This document shows, piece after piece, positions 1 to 9,332 of a stretch of DNA of 64,000 bases (positions are counted from its first letter, which is position 1; each line of letters opens with the position of its first letter). The translations under genes were made by a program, and so were the position numbers. The DNA is from an uncultured Gemmatimonadales bacterium (GTDB lineage Bacteria > Gemmatimonadota > Gemmatimonadetes > Gemmatimonadales > GWC2-71-9): positions 352,001-416,000 of the forward strand of contig CAWCFX010000002.1 of the NCBI GenBank assembly GCA_963795085.1, in the 5' to 3' direction. Below the pieces are notes generated by a model, which searched no databases, was not told where the DNA came from, and worked only from the letters and a program-made list of their open reading frames with translations.

Positions 1-1211
1 ACCTCTGCATCATTCCCATGATGATTCTGATCCCGGTGCTGGCCGGCGAGGAAGGGGTCTCGGTGGCCGGGATCGGCCTGGCCCTCGGCAAGGCCCTCGT
101 GGCGGTCGTCCTGATCGTCCTCGGTGCCCGCCTGCTGGTCCCGCTCATGCTCCGCTACGTCGTCCGCCTGCAGAACGCGGAAGTCTTCATGCTGTCGGCC
201 GCGCTGGTGGTGTTCGGGACCTCGTGGCTCACCGCCCAACTGGGGCTCTCGATCGCGATCGGCGCGTTTATCGCGGGCCTGGTGCTCTCAGAGTCGGAGT
301 ACAGTCACCAGATCGTCGCCGACTTCCTCCCTTTCCGGAACCTGTTCATCAGTCTCTTCTTCGTCTCGATGGGCATGTTGCTCTCGGCCCGGGAGTTGTG
401 GGACCATCTGGGGCTGGTGCTCGCCGTGGTCACCCTGCTGATCGCCATCAAGGTCGTCATCACCGGCGGGGTCGTCAGGGTGCTCGGCTATCCTCCCCGG
501 GTCGCGGCGCTGGCGGGGATGGGCCTGGCCCAGGTCGGGGAGTTCTCCTTCGTGCTGGCCAAGGAGGGGCTCGGGGTCGAGCTCCTGGCCCCCGGGGACT
601 ATCAGATCTTCCTCGGTGCGGCCATACTCTCGATGGCGGCCACTCCGGCGCTCATGGCATTGGCCCCGCGGCTCGCCTTCCAGGGAAGCGACACGGTCTC
701 GGCGGAGGTGGCGGAGTCCGGGGAGAAACTCGCGGGACACGCCATCGTGGTCGGGTATGGCCACAGCGGCCGCAGCCTGGCGCAGATGCTCCGGATCGTG
801 AAACTCCCGCATGTTGCCATCGAGCTGAACGCGGCAATTGTGGACCAGGCCCATCAGCGGAAAGAGAAGGTCACCTACGGCGATGCGACCCGCCGGGAAA
901 TGCTGATGCATGCAGGGGTCCAGGCGGCACGGGTCATGGCCCTCGCGATATCCGACCCGGTCGCCACCCGGCATATCGTCGTGCTGGCGCGCCAACTCAA
1001 CCCGGCGCTGCAGATCATTCTGCGGACCCGGTATCTCCGCGACCACGACGGGCTGGTGAAGCTGGGCGCGAACCAGGTCATCCCGGAGGAGTTCGAGAGC
1101 AGCATCCAGATCTCGGCCCGGGTGCTGGAGCAGTTCCAGATCCCGGCGGACGAGATCCACCGGCTGGTGGAAGACGTCCGCCGGGAAGGCTACCAGACGT
1201 TCCGGGATTAG
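1..1211 (+). CDS. CPA2-family (Kef-type) K+/H+ antiporter with C-terminal TrkA-N/RCK domain, 5'-truncated by the window edge
   Basis: Many TM helices, GAFIAGLVLSESEY and LAQVGEFSFVLA motifs, RCK motif IVVGYGHSG..YGDAT. The frame is open back to base 3 (LCIIPMMIL), so the true start lies upstream. Confidence 0.9.
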   Translation, partial: LCIIPMMILIPVLAGEEGVSVAGIGLALGKALVAVVLIVLGARLLVPLMLRYVVRLQNAEVFMLSAALVVFGTSWLTAQLGLSIAIGAFIAGLVLSESEYSHQIVADFLPFRNLFISLFFVSMGMLLSARELWDHLGLVLAVVTLLIAIKVVITGGVVRVLGYPPRVAALAGMGLAQVGEFSFVLAKEGLGVELLAPGDYQIFLGAAILSMAATPALMALAPRLAFQGSDTVSAEVAESGEKLAGHAIVVGYGHSGRSLAQMLRIVKLPHVAIELNAAIVDQAHQRKEKVTYGDATRREMLMHAGVQAARVMALAISDPVATRHIVVLARQLNPALQIILRTRYLRDHDGLVKLGANQVIPEEFESSIQISARVLEQFQIPADEIHRLVEDVRREGYQTFRD

Positions 1212-1251
1212 CGGTAGAGGTTCAGTCTCCCTCCCTTTCGAGGAGTGCCGT

Positions 1252-1842
1252 ATGGGATATGTGGACGATCACCTGTTATCGGGCGAGAAGGTGGTGTACC
1301 GGGCCCACCTTCACTGGATCATCTTCTTCTGGCCGGTGTTCACATTGCTGGTGGGCGTGGCGCTCCTGATTCTGTTTCCCGATAACTACATCGTCGGCGC
1401 GGCGGTGGCCGGGCTCGGCCTGGTGGCCCTGCTCTGGCCGCTGCTCAAGTACCATTCCTCGGAGTATGCCGTGACCAGCAAGCGGCTGGTCGTGAAGCTG
1501 GGGCTGATCCAGCGGGAAGCCGACGAGACCCTGCTGAGCAAGATCGAGAACATCGCGGTGGACCAGGATATCGGGGGCCGGATCCTGGGTTACGGCACCA
1601 TTACCATCACCGGCACCGGGGGGACCCGGGAAGGCTTTCCCCGCATTTCCTCGCCCCTGGAATTTCGCCGCCAGGTTCACTCCCAGATCGTGGAACTGGA
1701 AGACCGGGGGGCAGGGCTCAAGGCTACCCTGCCGGACCCGGGCGTGAACCGGGTGGAGCGGGAATGCCCCTTCTGCGCGGAGAAGATCCTGGCCAAGGCA
1801 AAGGTGTGCAAGCACTGCGGGCGGGAGGTGGAGCCGGTGTAG
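1252..1842 (+). CDS. Membrane protein with bacterial PH domain and C-terminal zinc ribbon
   Basis: Two TM helices, YAVTSKRLVVKLGLI..GRILGYGTITI PH-like signature, CPFCAE..CKHCG ribbon, and a GAGGAG RBS. Confidence 0.8.
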   Translation: MGYVDDHLLSGEKVVYRAHLHWIIFFWPVFTLLVGVALLILFPDNYIVGAAVAGLGLVALLWPLLKYHSSEYAVTSKRLVVKLGLIQREADETLLSKIENIAVDQDIGGRILGYGTITITGTGGTREGFPRISSPLEFRRQVHSQIVELEDRGAGLKATLPDPGVNRVERECPFCAEKILAKAKVCKHCGREVEPV

Positions 1843-1884
1843 GATTCGACGCGCCTTGCCTCTCCAACGGCGCTGTGTCGAATT
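1843..1884 (+). terminator. Imperfect hairpin after the PH-domain gene (possible terminator)
   Basis: ATTCGAC-GCGCC-TTG...CAA-C-GGCGC-TGT-GTCGAAT nested inverted repeats, with no clean U-tract directly after the stem. Confidence 0.35.
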
Positions 1885-1931
1885 CTCCGTGACGTGCGTC
1901 TTTTTCGGGTAGCCCACCACTGGAACTCATC

Positions 1932-3245
1932 ATGACCTGGTCCCGCTGGCTCTTCATCGCAATCCCGGTCGTAGCGGCCTGCAGTGATCCGCCGGAACGC
2001 CCCAACGACCCCGCCGAATTCTCCATCAGCCCCGCACGCCAGTGGAGTGGAGGAGCGATCACCATCCGGTCCAGCCTGTTCACGGGCCGGGCAGACCTGC
2101 CCGCGATCCTGGTCGATGGGCTGGACGCCACGGTGAACCGCATCGACGACTCGACCGTGGGCGTGACCCTTCCCATCCTTCCCAGCCAGACCGGTGCGCC
2201 GGTGAAGGTCGTTGAGGGGGCCACGGCCTATAATGTCGGGACCATTGTTATCACGGGCTTCCGGAGCCGGGCCGGGGCAACGCCAGGATTTCTCTGGGAG
2301 CCGGTCGGGGTCCAGGAAGCCGGCGGCCCGGCGGTGGTAGGGGGCACCTTCAGCCAGCCGGGGACGGGAGGGATCACGCTCGTCGATCTCCGCACCGGCC
2401 AGAGCCGTATCGAAACTGGAGTGGCGCCGGCATACTGGTCCAGCGGGCACGGCGCCGGCGTCAGCTATCAGCCGGGACACCTGATCCTCCGGGACAGCAG
2501 CGGGGCGGTGGGCGACTGGCAGGTGACCCCCACCCTCGCCCATGTCGATACGATTCCCGCCGTCACCTTCAGCCGCAGCGTGGCCCGGTTGAGCCCGGAC
2601 GTCTGGCTCTTCACCAGCAACCACACGACGATGGTCCGCCGGACCGGGAACCCGGATATCTCGGTGCCGATGGAAGACCCGTTCGGGTTCCATCTCTCGT
2701 CCGCAGCCGACCGGGCGGTGTTGAGCACGAGCCAGGCGCTCGGCGGGGTGCCGGTCTTCGCAATGTCCACGGGAGACACCCTCTTCCGACTTTCGCTTCC
2801 GGGCCTCGCCGGAGCGGCGTTCCGCTCCGATGGCGGGAGGCTGTTCCTGACGGCGGGAAGCGGAGGGCCGGCAACGGAGGTGCAACTGGTCAATGCGGCG
2901 ACCGGTGCGCTGATTGACAGCAAGCCGGTGCCTCCCGGGTTCGAGGCGTTTGGCGTGGCGCTCAGCGCGGCGGGAGACCGGCTCTTCGTGGCGATGATGG
3001 CGGACAGCGTGCCTCACCTGGCGGTTTACGCGACCGACGGCGACTCCCTTGCCCAGGTCGGGATGCTGGGCGCCACCGACGCGACCGCCTGTTCCTCCTG
3101 CGGCTCCAACATGCTGTACCAGGCGCTCCTTGTCCTGGACGAAGCGACCGGCACCATCTTCCTGGCCAGCCAGGGCGAGCCGGCGCTGATCTGGGCGTTT
3201 GATATCCTGCCGGCGATCTACACCGGCCTTCCAGCAAAGGAATAA
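1932..3245 (+). CDS. Uncharacterised lipoprotein (Ig/IPT-like N-terminal domain plus probable beta-propeller), paralog 1
   Basis: Lipobox VAA-C, beta-strand-rich repeats, and similarity along its length to the next ORF. Confidence 0.7.
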   Translation: MTWSRWLFIAIPVVAACSDPPERPNDPAEFSISPARQWSGGAITIRSSLFTGRADLPAILVDGLDATVNRIDDSTVGVTLPILPSQTGAPVKVVEGATAYNVGTIVITGFRSRAGATPGFLWEPVGVQEAGGPAVVGGTFSQPGTGGITLVDLRTGQSRIETGVAPAYWSSGHGAGVSYQPGHLILRDSSGAVGDWQVTPTLAHVDTIPAVTFSRSVARLSPDVWLFTSNHTTMVRRTGNPDISVPMEDPFGFHLSSAADRAVLSTSQALGGVPVFAMSTGDTLFRLSLPGLAGAAFRSDGGRLFLTAGSGGPATEVQLVNAATGALIDSKPVPPGFEAFGVALSAAGDRLFVAMMADSVPHLAVYATDGDSLAQVGMLGATDATACSSCGSNMLYQALLVLDEATGTIFLASQGEPALIWAFDILPAIYTGLPAKE

Positions 3246-3252
3246 TGACTCC

Positions 3253-4545
3253 ATGCTTGAGGCACCGTTTGCCCGCCGTGCCTCCAGATTGTGGAGCCCC
3301 CTCTCTTCGTCGGGCCTGAAACCAACCGCTATCATCGCCACCGCTCTACTCGCGGCCTGCAACAGCCCTCCGGATGGGCCATCGCCCCCGGGCGAGTTCG
3401 TCGTCTCTCCTGCCCGGCAGTGGAGCGGCGGGGAATTGCGGATCACCTCGACATGCTTGCGAGACCGGCCGGTTGTCCGTGTTTCGGTTGATTCGGCCAC
3501 CATCGCGTCGGTCCGCGCTGATGACACGACCCTGGTCCTTCAACTCCCTCCCGGGCCTTCCGGTGCCGTCATTGTGCGGGTGGACGCCTGGGAGGCCGGC
3601 CGGGTAAGCCGCATCGGGTATCGAGATTCCCGGACCTACCAGGGGGGCTGGATATCGGCAATACATCAATTCCCCCAGGGGCCGGTCGGACTTGGTTTGT
3701 CTGATCCCGGCGGCAGGGAGATGCAGGGAGTATGGAACCTCAGCACCGAAACCGGCTTCCAGTTCCTACCGCGGTTCAGGTCTTCGGGTTATGGGCCGGG
3801 GCCAAGTTATCGGGGCTTGACCGTCGCGGTGTTCCAGGATACGACCGGCATGATCGGCGAATGGGACCTGTGGCCCACGCTTCGGTTCGTTGATACGGTG
3901 CGCGGCGTAACGACCCACCAGCGGCTGACGGCCGTGATCGGGCCGGAGCACTATCTTCTCGCGTTCGGCAATGGGCTCACCGGCCGGTTTCAGGGCGCTT
4001 CAAAGTTATATACACCAGATGATGTAACCCGCGGATTCATCTCGACGACGGCCGGCCGCGCCCTGGTTGATGGGAAGGCCGCGCGGGTCCCGGTCTTCGA
4101 TATCGTGGCCGGTGACAGCGCATACACTCTGCCGCTTCGCAGCATCCATGGAGCTGCGTTCTCCAGGGAGGGCGCGAGATTGTACCTGTCAGGGACCTAT
4201 GGTTTCGGTCAACCCAGCGTGCTGCTTACGGTGGACCCCGCGGACGGTTCGGTGGTGGCCGAGGATACTCTGCCGCCGGGCACCGATGGGTTTGACCTCG
4301 CTCTTGATCTTTCGGAGTCACTCCTCTTTCTGCTCGCCCGGGTCGACAGTGCTCCCAGCCTTCTCGTGCTGGACACCCGAACCCTGCGTCGAATTGGCGT
4401 GCTGACGGTCCCTGCCGAGCAGCACGGGATATGTGAGATCGACTGCTTATCCTATCGGATAGGCATCGACGAATCGCGCCGGACGGTATATCTCACCGCG
4501 CCGGGTTATCCCATCGTTGTCCATCGATTTGACCTGCTTCGCTAG
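3253..4545 (+). CDS. Uncharacterised lipoprotein, paralog 2 (start uncertain: ATG 3253 or CTG 3316)
   Basis: Lipobox LAA-C. Shares EF.(I/V)SPARQWSGG, R.DD.T, W...PTL..VDT, VPVF....GD and terminal FD(I/L)L with paralog 1. Confidence 0.7.
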   Translation: MLEAPFARRASRLWSPLSSSGLKPTAIIATALLAACNSPPDGPSPPGEFVVSPARQWSGGELRITSTCLRDRPVVRVSVDSATIASVRADDTTLVLQLPPGPSGAVIVRVDAWEAGRVSRIGYRDSRTYQGGWISAIHQFPQGPVGLGLSDPGGREMQGVWNLSTETGFQFLPRFRSSGYGPGPSYRGLTVAVFQDTTGMIGEWDLWPTLRFVDTVRGVTTHQRLTAVIGPEHYLLAFGNGLTGRFQGASKLYTPDDVTRGFISTTAGRALVDGKAARVPVFDIVAGDSAYTLPLRSIHGAAFSREGARLYLSGTYGFGQPSVLLTVDPADGSVVAEDTLPPGTDGFDLALDLSESLLFLLARVDSAPSLLVLDTRTLRRIGVLTVPAEQHGICEIDCLSYRIGIDESRRTVYLTAPGYPIVVHRFDLLR

Positions 4546-4637
4546 GCCTGCCGGAACAATGGCAGGTTCCGGGCTGCGCCTCCGGCGCCTAACCCCTTAT
4601 ATTGCCGTCTCCTAGCCTCCAGACTCGAGGAGACCGC

Positions 4638-5828
4638 ATGCCCGGCCTTGACCCGGCCACGATCCAGGACGCCGCGCTCCGCCCCGTGGCGGAAAAGGTG
4701 CAGCTCGGCCGGCGGCTCGACCGCGCCGACGGCCTGGCCCTCTACGCGTCCCACGACCTGCTCGGCATCGGCGCCCTGGCCGATTACGCCAACCAGCAGA
4801 AGAACGGCGACCGGGTCTTTTTCTCCGCCAACCAGCACATTAACCCTACCAACGTCTGCATTCTCCGGAACACCTGCACCTTCTGCTCCTTCGCCAAGAT
4901 GCCGAAGGAAGAGGGCAACTACACCCGGACGCTGGACGAGGTCTACCACGAGGCGGAACAGGCGGAGGGAAGCCCCACCCGGGAATTCCACATAGTGGGC
5001 GGACTGCACCCCAAGCTCCGGCTCTCCTATTACACCGACATGATCCGGGGGCTCAAGGAGCGGCACCCCCATGTACACATCAAGGCCCTCACCGCGGTCG
5101 AGATCGCCCACCTCGCCCGGATCGAGAAGATCAGCGAGGCGGAGGTGCTCACCCGGATGAAGGAGGCGGGGCTCACCAGCCTTCCCGGCGGCGGCGCCGA
5201 GGTGTTCAGCACCGCCGTGCGCGCTACCATCGCGGAGCGGAAGCTGACCGGCGAGGAGTGGATCCGGGTCCACCGCGTGGCCCACGGGCTCGGCATTCCG
5301 ACCAACTGCACCATGCTCTACGGCCACGTGGAAACGGCGGCCGACCGGATTGACCACCTCACCATGCTCCGGGACCTTCAGGACGAGACCGGCGGGTTCC
5401 TGACCTACATCCCGCTGGCCTATCACCCGGACCACAACGAGCTGGGCGAGGAGCTGGGGCGGGTGGGCACCGCGACAACCGGCTACGAGGATCTCAAGAA
5501 CATCGCCATCGGCCGGCTCTTCCTGGACAACATTCCCCACGTGAAGACCCACTGGCCCATGGTGACGCCGTTTCTCTCCCAGATCGCGCTGGCGTTCGGC
5601 TGCGACGATGTCGAGGGCACGGTGGTGTATGAGCGGATCTATCACGAGGCCGGCGCCAGCACCGAGATGCACATGCCCTATTCCGGGCTGGTGGAGCTGA
5701 TCCGCGGAGCAGGGAAACGCCCGGTCGAGCGGAACAGCCTCTACGAGTCCGTCCGGGAGAATTTCGACGACCTGCCTCCGACTCCCGCGGTCAAGTCCCG
5801 CAGCCTGCCGGTGGTGCACGCCGCATGA
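4638..5828 (+). CDS. mqnE: Aminofutalosine synthase (radical SAM)
   Basis: INPTNVC..C..C, EFHIVGGLHP, HIKALTAVEI, LPGGGAE, TMLYGHVE, YIPLAYHP, plus GAGGAG RBS and mqnA/mqnC context. Confidence 0.9.
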   Translation: MPGLDPATIQDAALRPVAEKVQLGRRLDRADGLALYASHDLLGIGALADYANQQKNGDRVFFSANQHINPTNVCILRNTCTFCSFAKMPKEEGNYTRTLDEVYHEAEQAEGSPTREFHIVGGLHPKLRLSYYTDMIRGLKERHPHVHIKALTAVEIAHLARIEKISEAEVLTRMKEAGLTSLPGGGAEVFSTAVRATIAERKLTGEEWIRVHRVAHGLGIPTNCTMLYGHVETAADRIDHLTMLRDLQDETGGFLTYIPLAYHPDHNELGEELGRVGTATTGYEDLKNIAIGRLFLDNIPHVKTHWPMVTPFLSQIALAFGCDDVEGTVVYERIYHEAGASTEMHMPYSGLVELIRGAGKRPVERNSLYESVRENFDDLPPTPAVKSRSLPVVHAA

Positions 5829-6646
5829 GGCTGGGCCGAATCCCCTGGATCAACTGCTTTCCGGTCTATGGCGCCATTGACCGGGGCATCGTCGCGGTGC
5901 CGGCTGACCTGGTGAGTGGCACTGCCTCCGAGCTCAATGACCTGCTGGCCGCCGGGGAACTGGACGTCAGCGTGGTCTCGGCGGTGGAATACGCCCGGAA
6001 CGCCTCCGCCTATCACCTGCTGCCGGACCTGGCTATTACCTGCGACGGCCCGGTCCACAGCGTGAAACTCTTCTCGAAGCGGCCGGTGGCGGAATTGGAT
6101 GGTCGCACCGTGCTCCGCACCGAGTCGAGCCGGACCTCGGTCCTGCTTCTCGAACTGCTTTGCCGGCATCGCTGGAACATCGCGCCCCGGTTCGCGACGG
6201 TACGGGCGGAAGCTCCCGATCTCGAATCACTGGCCGGGCTGCCCCACGAGGCGGTGCTGGTCATCGGGGACGCCGCGCTGATGCTTGCCGCCAGCGAGAA
6301 GTATCCGGTTGAGGTGGACCTCGGTGCTGAGTGGAAAGCCTGGACCCAGTTGCCCTTTGTCTTCGCCGTGTGGGCGGCCCGCCGGGCGACGGACCAGGCC
6401 GGAGTTCAAGTGATCCATCAGCGGCTGCTGGAATCCCGCCGCTGGGGGCTGGAGCACTTGGACACCCTGGCGGAGGACGCGGCCCGGTCCAGCGGCGTCG
6501 CGCCGGCCACCTGCCGAGCCTACCTCGAGGACCTCGACTATCGCTTGAGCTACCGGCACCTGGCAGGACTGACCGATTTCTTCCGCCGCCTGGCCCAGGA
6601 CGGGCTGGTCCCGGACGGGTCGCTGTCATTCATCTCGGCGGCGTGA
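5825..6646 (+). CDS. mqnA: Chorismate dehydratase (futalosine pathway)
   Basis: RLGRIPWINCFP, GPVHSV.LFS, SRTSVLLL, VLVIGDAAL, DLGAEW..WTQLPFVFAVW. ATGA overlap with mqnE. Confidence 0.9.
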   Translation: MRLGRIPWINCFPVYGAIDRGIVAVPADLVSGTASELNDLLAAGELDVSVVSAVEYARNASAYHLLPDLAITCDGPVHSVKLFSKRPVAELDGRTVLRTESSRTSVLLLELLCRHRWNIAPRFATVRAEAPDLESLAGLPHEAVLVIGDAALMLAASEKYPVEVDLGAEWKAWTQLPFVFAVWAARRATDQAGVQVIHQRLLESRRWGLEHLDTLAEDAARSSGVAPATCRAYLEDLDYRLSYRHLAGLTDFFRRLAQDGLVPDGSLSFISAA

Positions 6647-6651
6647 TACAA

Positions 6652-6698
6652 GGGGGCAAGAGGGCAAGAGGGCAAGGGGGCAGAGGGCCAGGGACGGG
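6652..6698 (+). repeat. Short purine-rich tandem repeat (GGGCAAGA-like, about 4 copies) with multiple G-tracts
   Basis: GGGCAAGA GGGCAAGA GGGCAAGG GGGCAGAG starting at 6654, in the mqnA-mqnC spacer. Confidence 0.75.
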
Positions 6699-6737
6699 TT
6701 CGCGCTTCAATGAGAACGTTTCTTTCCGCATGCAGGG

Positions 6738-7799
6738 ATGACCATGGTTGACCGCACTTCAAGTGAATTCTCGGCCTACCTCGAGTTGTACGAGAAGGCG
6801 CCCCTGCTCGAGCTGGGGCGGCTCGCCGATGCTGAACGGTGGCGGCAGCACCCGGACAACGTGGTCACCTACATCATTGACCGGAACATCAACTACACCA
6901 ATGTCTGCGTCGCCGACTGCGGTTTCTGCGCCTTTGCGCGCCGGCCCAAGCACGCCGAGGGATACGTCCTGAGCTTCGAGCAGATCGGCCGGAAGATCGA
7001 CGAGTGCAAGGCGATCGGTGGGGTGCAGATTCTTCTCCAGGGGGGACACAATCCGTACATCCCCTTCGACTGGTACCTGGACCTCATGCGGTACATCAAG
7101 CAGCACCACCCGATCCACATCCACGGGTTCTCGCCTTCGGAGGTTGTGTTCTTTTCGGAACGCTTCAAGCTGCCGGTACCTCACGTGGTGCGTGAACTCC
7201 GGGCGGCCGGCCTGGACAGCATTCCCGGCGGCGGGGGCGAGATCCTGGTGGACGCCATCCGCAGCCGGGTGGCCCCCAAGAAGGCCCAGACCGAGGAGTG
7301 GCTCGGCGTCCAGGAGGAAGCCCACCGCCAGGGCATGAAGACGTCGGTCACCATGATGTACGGCATGGGCGAGAGCAATGCCGACCGGGTGGAGCATCTC
7401 TTCCGGGTGCGGGACCTCCAGGCCCGGACCGGTGGGTTCACCGCATTCATCTGCTGGCCGCTCCAGCCGGAGGGGACGCCGGAGATGGCGCACTATGAGA
7501 AGACCGATGCGGTCACCTATCTCCGGACCCTGGCGCTCGCCCGGATCATGCTGCCCAACGTGCCCAACCTGCAGTCTTCGTGGGTCACCATGGGTCACAA
7601 GGTCGGGCAGGTGGCGCTCCGGTTCGGGGCCAACGACTACGGCAGCCTCATGATGGAAGAAAACGTCGTCTCCGCCGCCGGGACGACCTACCGCACCACC
7701 CTGGAGCAGATCGAGCGGCAGATCACCGATGCCGGCTATCTGGCCCGGCGGCGCCGGCAGGACTATTCAATTATTCCGGACAGCCAGGCCGCGGCGTGA
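6738..7799 (+). CDS. mqnC: Cyclic dehypoxanthinyl futalosine synthase (radical SAM)
   Basis: VTYIIDRNINYTNVCVADCGFCAF, ILLQGGHNP, GFTAFICWPLQP, NLQSSWVT, GANDYGSLMMEENVV. Confidence 0.92.
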   Translation: MTMVDRTSSEFSAYLELYEKAPLLELGRLADAERWRQHPDNVVTYIIDRNINYTNVCVADCGFCAFARRPKHAEGYVLSFEQIGRKIDECKAIGGVQILLQGGHNPYIPFDWYLDLMRYIKQHHPIHIHGFSPSEVVFFSERFKLPVPHVVRELRAAGLDSIPGGGGEILVDAIRSRVAPKKAQTEEWLGVQEEAHRQGMKTSVTMMYGMGESNADRVEHLFRVRDLQARTGGFTAFICWPLQPEGTPEMAHYEKTDAVTYLRTLALARIMLPNVPNLQSSWVTMGHKVGQVALRFGANDYGSLMMEENVVSAAGTTYRTTLEQIERQITDAGYLARRRRQDYSIIPDSQAAA

Positions 7800-7809
7800 C
7801 GGGCTGCCC

Positions 7810-8283
7810 GTGAGAATCGGTTTCGGTTACGACTCCCACCGCTTTATCGCCGGGCGGCCGCTCATCCTCGCGGGCCAGCATATCCAGCATGAGGAGGGCC
7901 TCGACGGCCACTCGGATGCCGACGCCGTCACCCATGCCCTGATTGATGCCATGCTCGGCGCGGCGGGAGCGGGGAATATCGGGCTGCTGTTTCCCGATAC
8001 CGATCCCCGCTGGAAAGACGCGGACTCCATGGTGCTGCTGCAGCTGGCCGGCGAGGCGGTGGCGGGCCGCGGGTACCGGGTCGCCCAGGCCGATTTGACC
8101 ATCATCGTGGAACGGCCCCGGATGACACCCCACGTGGCCGCCATGAGCCGGGCCCTTGCCCTGGCCCTCGGCCTCTCCGAGCAGGATATCAGCGTCAAGG
8201 CCAAGACCAACGAAGGGATGGGCTTCATCGGCCGGGGCGAGGGCATCGCGGTCCTGGCCGTGGCGCTGCTGGAACGCCGCTGA
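7810..8283 (+). CDS. ispF: 2-C-methyl-D-erythritol 2,4-cyclodiphosphate synthase
   Basis: RIGFGYDSH, GHSDADAVTHA, FPDTDPRWKDADS, VKAKTNEGMG. GTG start at 7810. Confidence 0.95.
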   Translation: MRIGFGYDSHRFIAGRPLILAGQHIQHEEGLDGHSDADAVTHALIDAMLGAAGAGNIGLLFPDTDPRWKDADSMVLLQLAGEAVAGRGYRVAQADLTIIVERPRMTPHVAAMSRALALALGLSEQDISVKAKTNEGMGFIGRGEGIAVLAVALLERR

Positions 8284-9332
8284 TCGAACAGCTTCTCACC
8301 TGGCTGGCCGGACTCCCGCCGGCGGCGGTGTACGCGATTCTTGCGGCCACCACCTTCCTGGAGAACGCCTTTCCTCCGAGCCCTTCCGACGTGGCCGTGG
8401 CCCTGGGCGCGTTCCTGTCCCACCGCGGGGTCACCACCCCGTGGCTGGTATTCACGGTCGCGTGGACCGCCAGTTCGATCGGGGCGGTCGTCGTCTATGG
8501 CCTCGCCCGGCGCTACGGCCGCAGCCTCTTCGCCGGCCGGCTGGGGCGGAAGCTCCTTTCGCCCCATGCGGTCGCGACCATAGAACGAGAGTACCTCCGC
8601 TTCGGCATCGCCGGCATGTTCCTGGGCCGGCTCCTTCCCGGCGTCCGGTCCTTCGTTGCGCCCTTCGCCGGGATCATGAACCTGTCGCCACTCAAGGCCC
8701 TGGCGCCCATGATCCTGGCCTCGGGGCTCTGGTACGGGGGTCTCACGGTCCTGGGAGCCAAGATCGGATCCGAGTGGGAGACCATCAACCAGTTTCTCAG
8801 CGGACTGAACCGCGGCCTGGCCTACGCGGCGGGTGTCCTGGTCGCAATCGTGGCGGGTCTGCTGATCATGCGCCGGTTCCGCCAGCGCGATGCACAGCTG
8901 GCCGCCTCCCTGGTCCAGGCATTCGGGGCAAGGGCCTCCGGTGCCCATACCAGGGACGAGACGGCGGCAATGGCCGCAGCGGCCACGCTGATGATGGAAC
9001 TGGCCCGCGCCGACGAGACCCTCACCCCGGCCGAGCTCGACACGGTGGCGGACTACCTGCAGCAGCGCTGGGAGATCGCCCCCGCACACCCCGTCCCCGA
9101 GGGTGCGTCCTTGATCGAACGGGCCCGGCAGCTGGAGTTGGCCAACCGGACCTCCCAGGATTACCAGAAAGCGGAACGGGAAGCGCTGGTGATCCGACTC
9201 TGGCGTGCCGGCTTTGCGGACGGGATCCTCAACCAGCACGAGGACCGGCTCATGCGCCGGGCCGGGATGGTCCTGGGACTGACGGAGGCCGAAGTCGAAC
9301 AGGCCAGGGAACATGCCAGAACCGGCCGATAA
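8280..9332 (+). CDS. DedA-family membrane protein fused to a C-terminal TerB-like domain (start CTG 8280 or GTG 8328)
   Basis: DedA motifs FLENAFPPSPSD and GRLLPGVRSFVAPFAG. TerB-like motifs LMMELARADETLTPAE and LWRAGFADGILNQHEDRLMRR..LGL. Confidence 0.8.
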   Translation: MIEQLLTWLAGLPPAAVYAILAATTFLENAFPPSPSDVAVALGAFLSHRGVTTPWLVFTVAWTASSIGAVVVYGLARRYGRSLFAGRLGRKLLSPHAVATIEREYLRFGIAGMFLGRLLPGVRSFVAPFAGIMNLSPLKALAPMILASGLWYGGLTVLGAKIGSEWETINQFLSGLNRGLAYAAGVLVAIVAGLLIMRRFRQRDAQLAASLVQAFGARASGAHTRDETAAMAAAATLMMELARADETLTPAELDTVADYLQQRWEIAPAHPVPEGASLIERARQLELANRTSQDYQKAEREALVIRLWRAGFADGILNQHEDRLMRRAGMVLGLTEAEVEQAREHARTGR

